Part shown: positions 1 through 12,399 of the stretch, piece by piece | How the letters are laid out: each line of letters opens with the position of its first letter | Position numbering within the stretch: position 1 is the first letter of the stretch | NCBI RefSeq assembly: GCF_006345805.1 | Contig: NW_021835529.1 | Span: forward strand, 1-39,764 | DNA: 39,764 bases | Direction of reading: 5' to 3' | Origin: Octopus sinensis | Taxonomy: Eukaryota | The notes under the pieces: model-generated | The model's input: the letters and a program-made list of their open reading frames with translations, nothing else | What the model was told of the DNA's origin: nothing | Database searches by the model: none | Translations under genes and position numbers: made by a program

Positions 1-267
1 AAACAACTACCGCTAATGCTAACAGACCAAGTTTTTGTTACCGACATGAACAAAAACGACCAAGAACAATGAGAAACAAAAGAGCCACCCCTAAACCACC
101 CTTATCACAACCGCCCCCGCCCCACGCCCCAGGATTCATCCATCGATATTAACAGCCACCAAACACGAAATCCATAGCGAATAACAACAACCGAAGATAA
201 TAAGCATCATCATCATCATCATCATCAATAACGACGTCGACAGCAGCACCAATTAGATGATCAGCGA

Positions 268-398
268 CACCATCAGCAGCGCCACTCAGCCTCACCATCA
301 GCAGCGCCACTCAGCCTCACCATCAGCAGCGCCACTCAGCATCACCATCAGCAGCGCCACTCAGCCTCACCATCAGCAGCGCCACTCAGCAGCGCCAC
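268..398. repeat. 25-bp minisatellite, about 5 copies
   Basis: Unit CACCATCAGCAGCGCCACTCAGCCT starts at 268, 293, 318 (one variant), 343 and 368 (partial). It explains ORF 257..457. Confidence 0.95.
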
Positions 399-479
399 AA
401 GCCATACCAATGACAACAGCAACTTTTATCGTTTCTAACATTCAACACCGACAATGATCCTGTATCATATATTTTTTTT

Positions 480-740
480 TTATTATCATCGTCATCGTCG
501 CCGTTGACATTGTCGTCATCATCATCATCATCATCATCATCATTCATCATCAAACAACCTCATCGAAACGACTATCATCATCGTCGTCATCAACGTCGTT
601 GTCCTCATATTCATCAAGATCACGACCACCATCCGCTACCGCAGCCACCACCACCGCCAATACCACCACCACCACCACCAACACCACCGCCAACACCACC
701 GCCAATACCACCACCACCACCACCACCACCACCACCAACA
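480..740. repeat. (CAT/TCA)n and (ACC)n triplet microsatellites
   Basis: Direct reading; source of the poly-S/P/T/V ORFs. Confidence 0.9.
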
Positions 741-889
741 CCTTTCATTTGACATTGTTATCATTTCGTGCGTGTAACGGTGTTTTGCTAAATGCGCTAA
801 ATTCACTATTTTGTCGTATTTGCACTTGATAAACGGTGTTCGTCTTTCATTGACAAATGTCCACCGTTACACACACCTTTATATTCATA

Positions 890-949
890 CATACAGAGAC
901 ACACACGCGCACACGCACCTGCACACAAACCACATACACTCACCCCAAC

Positions 950-995
<46 letters not shown>

Positions 996-1211
996 ACATA
1001 TATATATATATATCTATACATGTTCTTATCTACATGTGCGCGTGCGTGTGCGCACATACACACATGCATATACACACTCATACTTGCGTACATACATACA
1101 TTCAGGAATTCATACATTTATATTTACATAATGTGAGCGGGGCTGTTGCCAGGGGTGGGGGTGTACACTTACATACATACATAAATACATACATACATAC
1201 ATACATACATT

Positions 1212-1255
<44 letters not shown>

Positions 1256-1301
1256 ATATATATATATATATTATATATAATGTATGTATGTATGTATGTA
1301 T

Positions 1302-1377
<76 letters not shown>

Positions 1378-1475
1378 GGTATGTATAAAATATATGTATA
1401 TATAGTATATATATATATATGTAGGTATGTATGTATGATATAAATATATATATATATTAATATATATATATATAT
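890..1475. repeat. Compound (CA)n/(TA)n/(TACA)n microsatellite
   Basis: Direct reading. Confidence 0.95.
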
Positions 1476-1672
1476 GTATTTGTATATCCTTTGTCCGGAT
1501 GGCAATAAAAAACAATTGTTAAAAACATTGAGTCCAAATCTTGCATCAAAGATTGCATTTGTTAGAGATAAAAACTGGAGTGCTATGGGGAGGCACGGGG
1601 AAGAGAAGAGTCGTATGGAGATGAAGGAGAGTGGGAGAGCTTTTACGAGCGTTTTTGTGAATGTTTTTGTTT

Positions 1673-1706
<34 letters not shown>

Positions 1707-2119
1707 ATGCTGATGGTGGAACACAGAAGTGAGAAGAAAAAGGTAACATAAAAAAAAAACTACGATTGATTGATAGTCGCACTGATGGAAACGCTGGTGA
1801 CGGCGGTGACGGCGGGGGCTGTCGTAGCGGTGGTGGTGGTGGTGGTGGTGGTAGGGGTTGGAGGGTGACGAAAGGCAAATGATGCGGAAATGATATTGTC
1901 TTTATATATATGTGTGTGTTTCTTTATAGAGATATTCTATTTAACAATCCATTTACTTCTATCAGCCACCCCTACCATCACCCCTCTCCCTCTTCCCTCT
2001 CCTTTTCTCACTCTTGACTTTTCAACCGTTCATTAGCGTATCTTTTCCCATATATGTATATATTACATATATATATACATATACATATACATATATATAT
2101 ATATACACACACACGCATA

Positions 2120-2153
2120 GTTATCTATCTACCCATCTATCTATCTATCTATC

Positions 2154-2199
<46 letters not shown>

Positions 2200-2345
2200 C
2201 TTTCCTTTCTATCTATCTATCTGTCTATCTATCTATCTATCTATCCTATCTTCTACCTGGTCTATCTACACATCTATCTCTCTATCTATCTATCTATCTA
2301 TCATCTCTATTATCTATCATCTATCATCTATCTATCGATCCTATC

Positions 2346-2391
<46 letters not shown>

Positions 2392-2480
2392 CTTTCCTTT
2401 CTATCTATCTATCTGTCTATCTATCTATCTATCTTATCTATCTATCTATCTATCTATTCTTTACCTGTGTCTATCTACCC

Positions 2481-2525
<45 letters not shown>

Positions 2526-2587
2526 ATCTACTATCTATCTATCTATCTACTATCTATCTATCTCTCTATCTATCTATCTCCCTATCT

Positions 2588-2670
<83 letters not shown>
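2120..2670. repeat. (CTAT)n tetranucleotide array, about 550 bp
   Basis: Direct reading; source of the YLSI-repeat ORFs 2014..3006 and 2054..2746. Confidence 0.95.
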
Positions 2671-2880
2671 ATGCATGCGCACAAATATGTACTTACGTAT
2701 ACATACCTTCATTTCTATGAATGTCTACCTGGCCATCATATTATAAACACACCTCTCTTTTATACACATAATATGCAAAAAGCATTCGGATCGATTGTGT
2801 GTGTGTTGTGTGTGTGTGTGTACACACATACACACACACGCACACACACATACGTATATGTATGTATGTATGTATGTATG

Positions 2881-2918
<38 letters not shown>

Positions 2919-3658
2919 TATAAATGCATATTTATATATATGTACATCATCTCCAAACCTTCTAATATATATATATATATTATATATATATATATTATAT
3001 ATATAAGTGTATTATATGTATGTATATATGCACATATATATATATTATATATATATATATATTATATGCATTTATATTTGAATATATATGTATGTGTGTG
3101 TGGGTGTATGTATATATATAAATATACGTTGACACGGGTATATATATATGAATATATGCATGCCTACATGAACCATATAGGTATGCATGTATATGTATGT
3201 ATGTATGTATATATCAACTTAAACTTGCGTGTTTGTTCGTGCAATCAATGCCTTTCACATTTAAGATAAAGTACTCAATACTTGGCGTCGTAGAATGTAT
3301 TGTGTGTGTCTTATGTGTGTGCTTATATCCTCTCTTGCTTTTCAGACACCTTGGCTCTTTAAATAAGGATATCTGTACAACACCCACACAAAATCTTATC
3401 AGCTTATCTATTGTCGAAAAAGTCTCATATATCTCTTTTTGCTTCTCTATCCACCCATCTAAATCAATCAATCAATCGATCTATCGATCGATCAGTCTGA
3501 CTTTGCATCCGTCCGTCCGTTCGCCCATGTGTATTATCACGAATATACTTACACATCTGTCTCTATCCCACTCTCTCTCTTTCTATCTGTCTGTCTGCCT
3601 GTCTGTCTGTTTGCCTGGCTGTCTATGTATATATATAACACATGTGTTTGAGTGTATG

Positions 3659-3689
<31 letters not shown>

Positions 3690-3704
3690 CATACATACAT
3701 ACAT

Positions 3705-3744
<40 letters not shown>

Positions 3745-3872
3745 GTATATATATATTTCGAATAAATAATAAAAGAGTCAAATTAATCAATTTAATTAAT
3801 TAATTAATCAATCAATTAATTAATAATTTATCATTTCAAATTAATGATAAAAGGGTAAAATTAATCTATTTA

Positions 3873-3904
<32 letters not shown>

Positions 3905-4136
3905 AAGGACAAATTGCAATATATCATTCAGGTATCTACCTTGTAAAGCACTCCTACAGCCTGTTGAACAGGGTGCAAGAGTGGTCAAAATGTGAATTGT
4001 TGAAACAATAGTAAGCTATGTAATAAAAGTAATATCGCCAACTCGTTTCTTCGCCGTTTATCATATATACATGTCTGTGTGTGTGTGTGAGTTAATCAAA
4101 TTCCATTGCAGCCCGATTTTCATATTTATGTTTGTA

Positions 4137-4490
4137 TACGAGGCTGAGTCAAAAAGTAATGCCGTTTTGTTTAGACTGGTATAATTAACAGCACTGGAAT
4201 ATGTATCATCCATCAAAATGAAGCTGGTCCTCTGTGGATCACATCCCTACTTCTCAACAACATAGTCACAGTTTCTCTCAATAGCAATGTTCCACCTTCG
4301 AATGAGAGCATACAACCTTGCCCCGTAAAATTCTGTTGACTGTTCTTTGAACCAATTCTTCATTATAGTTTTTACTTCCTCGTCACTGAAATAATGTTTG
4401 CCTCTCAAACCCTCTTTTGTGGCCCCGAAGAGATGATAGTCTGAAGGCGCTAAATCTGGTGAGTGTAGAGGTAACGAATAAGTAACAGGA
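4137..4490 (-). mobile_element. Mariner transposon 3' remnant (transposase C-terminus plus right TIR)
   Basis: Minus-strand peptide HSPDLAPSDYHLFGATKEGLRGKHYFSDEEVK...RRWNIAIERNCDYVVEK* carries the mariner (Y)SPDLAPSD motif. The element end reads TA|CGAGGCTGAGTCAAAAAGT at 4137-4157. The left end and N-terminus are missing. Confidence 0.9.
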
Positions 4491-5000
4491 TTAAAATACA
4501 ACGCTTCTCTTTTGTTTCGATTCTTTTTCCTATATGGGCATGCAACGATTTGCAGGGCTGTTTTGGCCTTGCCTATTTGGCGCTGCTGATTCGACACCAA
4601 CTTATTTGGTATCAGCCTTTCTGTCACTGGAACTTTTTGGCCTTGTGACAATTTCGTTTTTATTCTAGTCGACAACAAACTTGTAATCACAATTACTAAA
4701 TTACTTGATTAATGAATTTGCTTTAGCTTTCTGCTCCTCCTTATATTTATAATTACAGGTGAAATATTGACGAAGCATGAAAAGTAGAATATTTCTCACC
4801 ATGGATTTCTCTTCATTTTCGACAAAGTAGAACTGACAGTGAATTTCTGCATTTTGGCACTATGGAGAGAAGAATTGGGGAGAGGGAGAGAGAAAGAGAG
4901 AGAGAGAGAGAGAAAGAGAGAAAGAGAAGCATTAGGATGTATTAAATGACCCCGATTGATACAAATAGTCTTTTTCTCTCTCTCTCTCTCTCCTCTCTCT

Positions 5001-5040
<40 letters not shown>

Positions 5041-6249
5041 ATACAAAATGCACTAGAACGCCAAGCATCCAGACAGCTAGGTGATAGAAAAGGGGACAAC
5101 AAAACATCCAGATATATATATATACATATACTAATATATATATATATATATATATATATCTATATATATGTGTATATGTGTATGTGTGTGGTGTGTGTGT
5201 GTGTGTGTGTGTGTGCCCATTTGTGTATCTGTCTATCTAACAATCTGTACGTGCTTATTATGAGGCATGTTGTGCATGCGCATGGACTTGCTTCCAGTGC
5301 CAAAAAGTAAAATCGCCCAAACAAGCCATCCATTCGATCTTCATAGTCGTCGTCGTGCCGTCATGTATCGATCACCTGCAACGCATTGATGTCGCTACAA
5401 CGAAGCTCTGTTCTGATTAAGCGCGAGTTCTCCAACTATCTCTGTACCTGGCTTTTGGTCTACTGGCCCCTACTCTTCCTTTTGTAATAATGTTGCTCAA
5501 ACCTTTGCTTCTTCGTGTATGGCCATAAAAGATGAGCTAGTAACGGTAGGGTTTTAATTAGTGTAGTTACCAATTGTAACGACTAAGATTGATTAGTAAA
5601 CATTATTATGAAATGTCGGAGTCAGCAGTTGTGACGCTAAAAATTTGTTGTTATGACGGCAAGTTTTAAGATGTGAAAGATGAACAATGCATGAAGTTTT
5701 AAGAAAGTATTTATTTACCGTTGCGTTACAATACCTTGCCTCGACGGCATCCAGAAGCATGCGAAGTAAAGTTTGTGTTTGTGTCCTCTTCATTGTTTAG
5801 CAGTAAATACAGAGAGAGAGAGACAGACAGACAGAATGATGTTGTAAGAGAACAGAAATAGAGCTAGTGAGAGTTGTAAGGTGTGGGACGTTGTCTCACA
5901 GTTGCTGACAGTAAACTTCATGTCTCCCTCTGACCAATGTTCTAGCTGGTCAGCCAGACTTCGTTGAGTCGTCACCGACTGTGACTAACTGATTTTTGCT
6001 TGGGGTATGCTTGCTTATATAACTATCCAGAAGGATAGATATATCATTCAGAACAATTGATTTAGTTGGTGGTCTTGCTATCTCTATTCTAGCTTTTGGT
6101 GAAGTAGAAGAGGTTAGAAAGGGTCTAGTGATGAAGACATTATTTCGGCCTAGCTAAAGGCATCTGGAAAATGTGGGAAAAGTTCTGTTGCAGTGTTAAT
6201 TTAAATTTGGCTATGGTGGATCGAATCCACTTCATGCTTGCAAAATCTA

Positions 6250-6390
6250 CTCCAAGCTTTTGTTTTCTCACAATGTTCAAGAATTGTCTTTCACCCAATT
6301 GTTGTAATACCCATTCATTTTACTGATGATCCTTGTAAGAGACTCGTAACATTCTCCTGTGCACCCACATTTCAAATGCATCAGCCGTAC
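6250..6390 (-). mobile_element. Degenerate RTE-clade LINE ORF C-terminal fragment
   Basis: Minus-strand translation ADAFEMWVHRRMLRVSYKDHQ*NEWVLQQLGERQFLNIVRKQKL matches the RTE motif AFEMW..RRMLRISW....NE.VL. Confidence 0.75.
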
Positions 6391-6611
6391 CAAATAACCA
6401 GCATCCAAAGAGCTGCGCCCAATTGTCTCATTCTACTCGCTCACGCATACTTTTCTCAACATATTATGCTGGGTGCCCCATTAATCTCTACAGGATATAA
6501 TTCAGTGTAACACGGATTTTGTTCTTGAGTAGCAACTGTTATTCCATATTTGTTTGCCCCTAGGAAGTATGAAAAATGGTAATATTTTCTTCAACATTGC
6601 TTCTCTTACAT

Positions 6612-6778
6612 TTATTCAAACCCCAAAGAATCATTCTCAACACATGGCTATGATGCACTCTCACTATTCCTGTTCATGACCAGAGATGCACATATTATCA
6701 GCCATGAAGGGACATGCTCAACTGGTCAAAGTCAAGCAACTGACAAGCAGACCAGTGGTATTAAGTACAATATTTGCC
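6612..6778. repeat. Partial copy of the interspersed element at 13400-15176
   Basis: TATTCAAACCCCAAAGAATC...CAACACATGGCTATGATG...GGGACATGCTCAACTGGT...CAACTGACAAGCA aligns by eye with 14907-15070. Confidence 0.9.
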
Positions 6779-7225
6779 ATAATGATATTTCTGCTTCAGC
6801 AATTCAGTGCTGAATCTGTCTGAAATGTAATGGGAAATAGGTCAGTTTCAAAACATTGATGTCCAAGTGACAAAAGCAAAGTTTGAAGGGAACGGTGGTC
6901 ATTTCATTTGATTTCTTGATAGAAGCAAATAAAAAGTAACACTGACCAAAGGCAAAAATAAAGAAACAAATGAATAGATAAATAAAAGTTTTATCATACA
7001 GGGTAATGGGCGCTTGGCAATACTTTTCCAAAGCCTGAACTATCTGTTGGAATGGAATGAAGACCGATGGTCAGTCCGTAGCCAGCAGGTTTAGTAGTGG
7101 TCTGCTAAATTATGTTCAATGCACAATAACAACAACAACAACAACAACAACAATAATAACAATAATAATAATAATAACAAGAATAGTTATAAAAACAACA
7201 ACAATAATAATAATAATAATAACAA

Positions 7226-7265
<40 letters not shown>

Positions 7266-7579
7266 TGAGGCTCTAAATTAGATATTTCTACGCATTAAAT
7301 CTTTTGATAAGCTCTTCATAAATCGTTAAAAACGTTTTTTTTTCTAAAATATACTTGCTAATTATAGGGTGTCTTAACACTTGATGTGGCTTGTGACTGA
7401 AGAAATACGGTTTGTATGCATATATGTATATATATATATATATGTATGTATATATATATATATATATATGTATATGCATTATATATACATAGACACACTT
7501 ACATTATACCTATACATGCATACGTTCATATATATACATACGTACACATGTATACATCTACATATCTATATATACATAA

Positions 7580-7617
<38 letters not shown>

Positions 7618-7622
7618 TATAT

Positions 7623-7659
<37 letters not shown>

Positions 7660-7670
7660 TATATATATAT

Positions 7671-7711
<41 letters not shown>

Positions 7712-8451
7712 GCACACACACGCGCACATATTAATAAGTTGTATTCATTCTATTAACTTCAATTTTTTTCGTACAGTTCATATATAAGTAAATATATCGT
7801 GAAGTAATTTAATATTTAATTTCGGAAGACAAGCTGATTTAGTGCCATAAAACAGGAAATTGGCGGATGATTTCACCTAATTTTCTCCGTAATTCAGCCA
7901 AATATTGAAAATGAATTTTATTGCTTGAAAAAACTTAACTGCAACTTAGTATAGCCAATTTATTTTATAATTACAGCGATTTACTAAACTTATTTTTTCA
8001 AGGCCATTTATTTTATGAAAATAGATATTGATAAGCTTCTAGAAAATGATTTAAGTTTTGTATACTTAACTTATATATTTAACATGGACTATCACTTGTT
8101 ATTTAATAATAGCTTTTCTTTTGCAATAAAATTACGTTTACTATCTCGAAAACGCTCGAGACGCAATGGAATTTCAAAAGAATTATATAACGGCACCCTG
8201 TTATTACATTGGCGTGCGTTCTACCAGACCATTCTCTGTCAAACCCTAACCCTAACCCTAGCCTAAACCTGAACCATAATCCTTACCCTGGCTCTAACTC
8301 TAAACCCTAAAACTAACCCCGACCTTAGTTCAGGTCGTGTAACTTTACAGCCGAGACTACACATACTGCGGCACACTACACATACTGCGGCACACTATAT
8401 GTTGATGGAGCAGAGACTTTTTCGTGCCGAGATTTCGTAGTACAAGTATAT

Positions 8452-8843
8452 TACTCTCTTTCTTTACTTATTTCAGTCATTTGACTGCAGCCATGCTGGA
8501 GCACCGCCTTTAGTCGAGCAAATCTACCCCAGGACTTATTCTTTGTAAGCCTAGTACTTATTCTATCAGTCTCTTTTGCCGAACCGCTAAGTTACGAGGA
8601 TGTAAACACACCAGCATCGGTTGTCAAGAGATGCTGGGGGGACAAACACAGACACACAAACACACACACACACATATATATACATATATACGACGGGCTT
8701 CTTTCAGTTTCCGTCTACCAAATCCACTCACAAGGCTTTGGTCGGCGCGAGGCTATAGTAGAAGACACTTGCCCAAGATGCCACGCAGTGGGACTGAACC
8801 CGGAACCATGTGCTTGGTAAGCAAGCTACTTACCACACAGCCA
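8452..8843 (-). mobile_element. tRNA-derived SINE, CORE-like central domain (family B)
   Basis: Minus strand has A-box-like TGGCTGTGTGG, B-box-like GGTTCAGTCCC, CORE-like CTTGGGCAAGTGTCTTC, an internal (AT/GT) microsatellite and tail GCTCCAGCATGGC..GTCAAATGACTGAAA. Nearly identical to 30975-31368. The extreme head is clipped. Confidence 0.9.
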
Positions 8844-8954
8844 CGGGCCGACCAAAACCTTGTGAGTGGATTTGTTAGATGGAAACTGGAAGAAGCCTCT
8901 CATATATATATATATATATATATAATATATATATATATTATATATATATATTAT

Positions 8955-9151
8955 ATTGCAGCGTGGAAGGTGTTTGTAAGCCATTTAAGAAACACACAAA
9001 AGCCATTCGATTCACTTCAACATTTAAGTTTAAGTGAATCGAACGGCTTTTGTGTGTTCTTAAATGGCTTACAAACACCTTCCACGCTGCAATTGTTTTC
9101 GTTTCAGCACACGATCTCAGATCAAATCACTTGCTATGCAGGTACATCTCC
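8955..9151. repeat. Inverted-repeat module 1: 62/63-bp arms, 14-nt loop
   Basis: 8955-9017 is the reverse complement of 9032-9093 with 1 mismatch and 1 indel. Non-repetitive module sequence continues on the right to 9151, then (TA)n. Confidence 0.95.
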
Positions 9152-9174
<23 letters not shown>

Positions 9175-9186
<12 letters not shown>

Positions 9187-9320
9187 TTAGAGACAAAACC
9201 ACTATTATGCAAATAGTGGTTTTGTCTCTAATTAATATTATATTATATTTTACTATAATATATAAATCCTAAATCTGATTTTTCCCTGTAAATTTGGATT
9301 TATTCCCTAATATTTATTAT
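9175..9320. repeat. Inverted-repeat module 2: 32-bp perfect arms, 5-nt loop
   Basis: 9175-9206 pairs perfectly with 9212-9243 (core ATTAATTAGAGACAAAACCACTAT). The right copy extends to about 9320. Confidence 0.95.
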
Positions 9321-9328
9321 TATATTAT

Positions 9329-9407
<79 letters not shown>

Positions 9408-9558
9408 AGGGTAAGATCGATATTTAAATACCGATCTTATCAGGTGGCCAGCATGGCAATAAAAACCTTCAATGGTAATAATTTTTTTTAATTATAATTT
9501 AGGGTATCTAAGAGATACCACCACGCTGGAAATAGCAGTCAAAACTTGACTCTAATTT

Positions 9559-9607
<49 letters not shown>

Positions 9608-9891
9608 TTGTATCTAAGTGTGTTCGTCTTTGTGACTGTGTTTGTCTCCCACCGCCGCTGACAACCGGTGATAGTTTGTTTACATCCCTGTAACTTAGTG
9701 GTTCGGCAAAAGACACCGATAGAATAAGCACCAGGCTTAAGAATAAGTACATATATATAAAATTAGAGTCAAGTTTTGACTGCTATTTCCAGCGTGTTGG
9801 TATCTCTTAGATACCCTAAATTATAGTTTTAAATAATTATTACCTTTGAAGGTTTTTATTCTCATGCTGGCCACCTGATAAGATCGATATT
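9408..9891. repeat. Inverted-repeat module 3: 138-bp arms bracketing a 179-bp SINE fragment
   Basis: 9432-9569 is the reverse complement of 9749-9886, with a handful of mismatches by eye. The spacer 9570-9748 is family-B SINE sequence. Confidence 0.95.
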
Positions 9892-11354
9892 TGGATCGAT
9901 TCATTCGACAAAAAAAAATGCATTCGAATACGTTCGCTGAATAAATCACTGAAGATGAGGTTTAAATTTTCAATTGATTTCTCAAAAAAAGAAAAGAAAG
10001 AAAAAGAAAGAAAAGAAAACGTTATAAGTCGTAAAAACAACTCGACGTAATTTGTGGTATACCTGTATTAATTAGGAAAAAATTCAGGTTCATAATTCAA
10101 TCTCTGCGCAAGCTCTGTTCCCGCTTGACAATTGTCTTTTTTAGGGTTGAGCTCTAAACGTCTTTTATTTACTTTACACAAGACTAACGGAATCCATCCG
10201 TGAAGTCTGATGACGGTTGCGTCTCATAGGATCCTATGGAGTGGGCACCTGAGGACTCTACCCCCAACGACCTTGCCAAGAATAATGGTTGAAGAATGTA
10301 ACGATGAATGGATGGAAGGATGGATGGATGGATGGATGGATTGATGGATGGATTGATGGATGGGTGGAAGATCTTTGATAAAACCGAAGTATGAATATTA
10401 ATCATTTTTTCCCCATTTAACATTAAAGATAGGAAGTAATAACGGAGTCTTATTTTAACATTTAATTTCTCCGATTTTCCTTTCCTGCTCTTTTCTCTCC
10501 ATCTCTGTCCTATCTTGCACAAGAAGCGTTAATACTGGAAACTTTAAAAACATTTCCTTCTTCTTCTTTCTCTATTTCCTGATTTCTATGCTTATTTTTT
10601 TTTACCTTGTCTTTGTGTTGGACTTTTCGTCACCTTTGCACTATCATTTAAACATACCATTTATATTTCTTATCATACCATTTGTATTTCGTATTTCTTT
10701 TGTTATATTGTGAGGATTGAATTCTGTCAGCCATTTTGCCTGATAGTTCGAGAAGGTTACGTCATTAAAATTATTAGCGTATTCAGTAGACTGAATACTG
10801 GAAAAGATACAGTTTTTTTCCCCCCTTACTGTGTTCCATTTTCTTCCTTAATTTGAGCTCTTATTTTCTCCATCCTCCATTAAACCAATAATTGTTTGAT
10901 CACGACCTTGTAGAAAGATATTTACTCAGCAAAAAATATCGGAAAGAAACTATTTGAAGCAGCATCTACTTGGAATCAGAAAACCTTCAAGCTAAAGGAT
11001 GCATTTTTTTTCCTTGCTGATAAAAAAAAAAAGAAGAAATTCCACTTCATTTCTTAGTGACATAACTTGCTGCTGCAGAAATTTTCTGCGATATTTCAAT
11101 CTCATCTTGGAATATGTAATAAATGTCCATGTTTAGATCTAATTAAGGAACAAAAATCTCTAAAGAGTTTGATATTGAGAGATTTGGACTCTATATAATA
11201 TTCTGTACAGTTTATAATTTGAACCGCATCATTCGTTATTAAACCCAGTTCCAGTTCCTATCACGAACTTTTTGAAGCGAGTTTTTCTCCCAACAAAAAA
11301 CAACGCAGGGGAAAAAATTTAACATGAAGATTATTAGTCTCAAGGAAATTCATA

Positions 11355-11453
11355 TTTTTTTCATTCTTCTTCTTCTTCTTCTTCTTCTTCTTATTATTAT
11401 TATTATTCTATTATTATTATATTATTATTATTATTATATTATTATTTATCATT

Positions 11454-11514
<61 letters not shown>

Positions 11515-11541
11515 ATATTATTATTATTATTATCATTATCA

Positions 11542-11576
<35 letters not shown>

Positions 11577-11581
11577 TATTT
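11355..11581. repeat. (TTC)n then (TTA/TCA)n microsatellite, flanking the 3' end of the Dong-like element
   Basis: Direct reading. Confidence 0.9.
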
Positions 11582-12262
11582 ACTTTTTTTTTCTTCTTTC
11601 AAATTTGCTTCCATTTCTTGCCGAGTGTTTTCCCGACTCCTAGGGCAAAGAAACTCATAGTATACATTGGTAGGCCATTAAACCAAACTCAATAGTTCGT
11701 TCATTTTTTTTTTTTTAAAGTTAAATTAAAATACATGAGCAGCAACAGTTCTCACATCGACAATGCTCTTCTCAATACATGTGATGTACCAGTTAAGACA
11801 ATCTTTTGCACTTCTTGCGGGGATGGTAAGCCAGGGATCATTCTCATATAATTTTCGGTTCCCTTCTTGATCATTCCTAGTGCTCCTACGATTACTGGTA
11901 TTGTAACCGCCTTGAGATGCCACATTTTCTCAATTTCAATGAGTAGGTCTTTATATTTTCTGAGCTTGTCAAACTCTTTCGCTGAGATATTATGATGACA
12001 GGGGATGCTCATGCCGATCAATAAGCAAACTTTATTGTTTTGGTCTTTCACAACAATATCTGGTTTATTGGCCTTGATGGTTCGGTCTGTATGTACTGGA
12101 AAGTCCCACAGAATGGTTACATTTTCTCCTTCAGTTACAGCCTCAGGGTGGTGATTATACCACTTGTCGGCAGTTTTGATATTGTAATGCCGACTTATTA
12201 GCCAGTGTAGATATTGGCCAACTGTCATGTCTTAATTTATACTCCACTGGTGCTAAGACTTT
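11582..12262 (-). mobile_element. 5'-truncated R4/Dong-clade non-LTR retrotransposon (restriction-like endonuclease domain plus 3'UTR)
   Basis: Minus strand reads VLAPVEYKLRHD, then a 1-nt frameshift, then VGQYLHW..WYNHHPE..ILWDFPVHTDRTIKANKPDIVVKD..LIGMSIP..KEFDKLRKYKDL..MW..PVIVGALG..RRALSM*. This is the RHD plus PD-(D/E)xK pattern of RLE LINEs. The expected second acidic residue reads Gly (GGC). Stop at 11752-11754. Confidence 0.9.
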
Positions 12263-12279
12263 ATATATTATTATTAATA

Positions 12280-12316
<37 letters not shown>

Positions 12317-12333
12317 TAGATTATTATAGTAGT

Positions 12334-12398
<65 letters not shown>
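12263..12398. repeat. (TTA)n followed by (TAG)n microsatellite
   Basis: Direct reading. Confidence 0.95.

Positions 12399-12399
<1 letters not shown>

Larger units (their letters stand above)
8844..9912 (+). mobile_element. One + strand family-B SINE split by several insertions
   Basis: Pieces occur in consensus order: 8844-8910 (GGGCCGACCAAA..GAAGCC + (AT)n), 9570-9750 ((GT)n..TGACAACCGG..GAATAAGTAC), 9892-9912 (TGGATCGATTCATTCGAC). Confidence 0.7.

Noticed and set aside
268-398. CRISPR-like repeat array
   Set aside because: Units abut with no spacers, the context is eukaryotic and there are no cas genes.
3346-3425. Exon after the acceptor CTCTCTTGCTTTTCAG
   Set aside because: No convincing donor; runs into microsatellite.
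257-3769. Many ORFs up to 330 aa
   Set aside because: They are translations of the 25-bp minisatellite and of CA/TA/CTAT/triplet repeats, with no domain signatures.
4491-4690. N-terminal half of ORF 4247..4690 as transposase
   Set aside because: No mariner motifs upstream of LHSPDLAP; it is flanking DNA in a chance open frame.
11726-11923. Separate small ORF
   Set aside because: Alternative frame overlapping the Dong endonuclease ORF.
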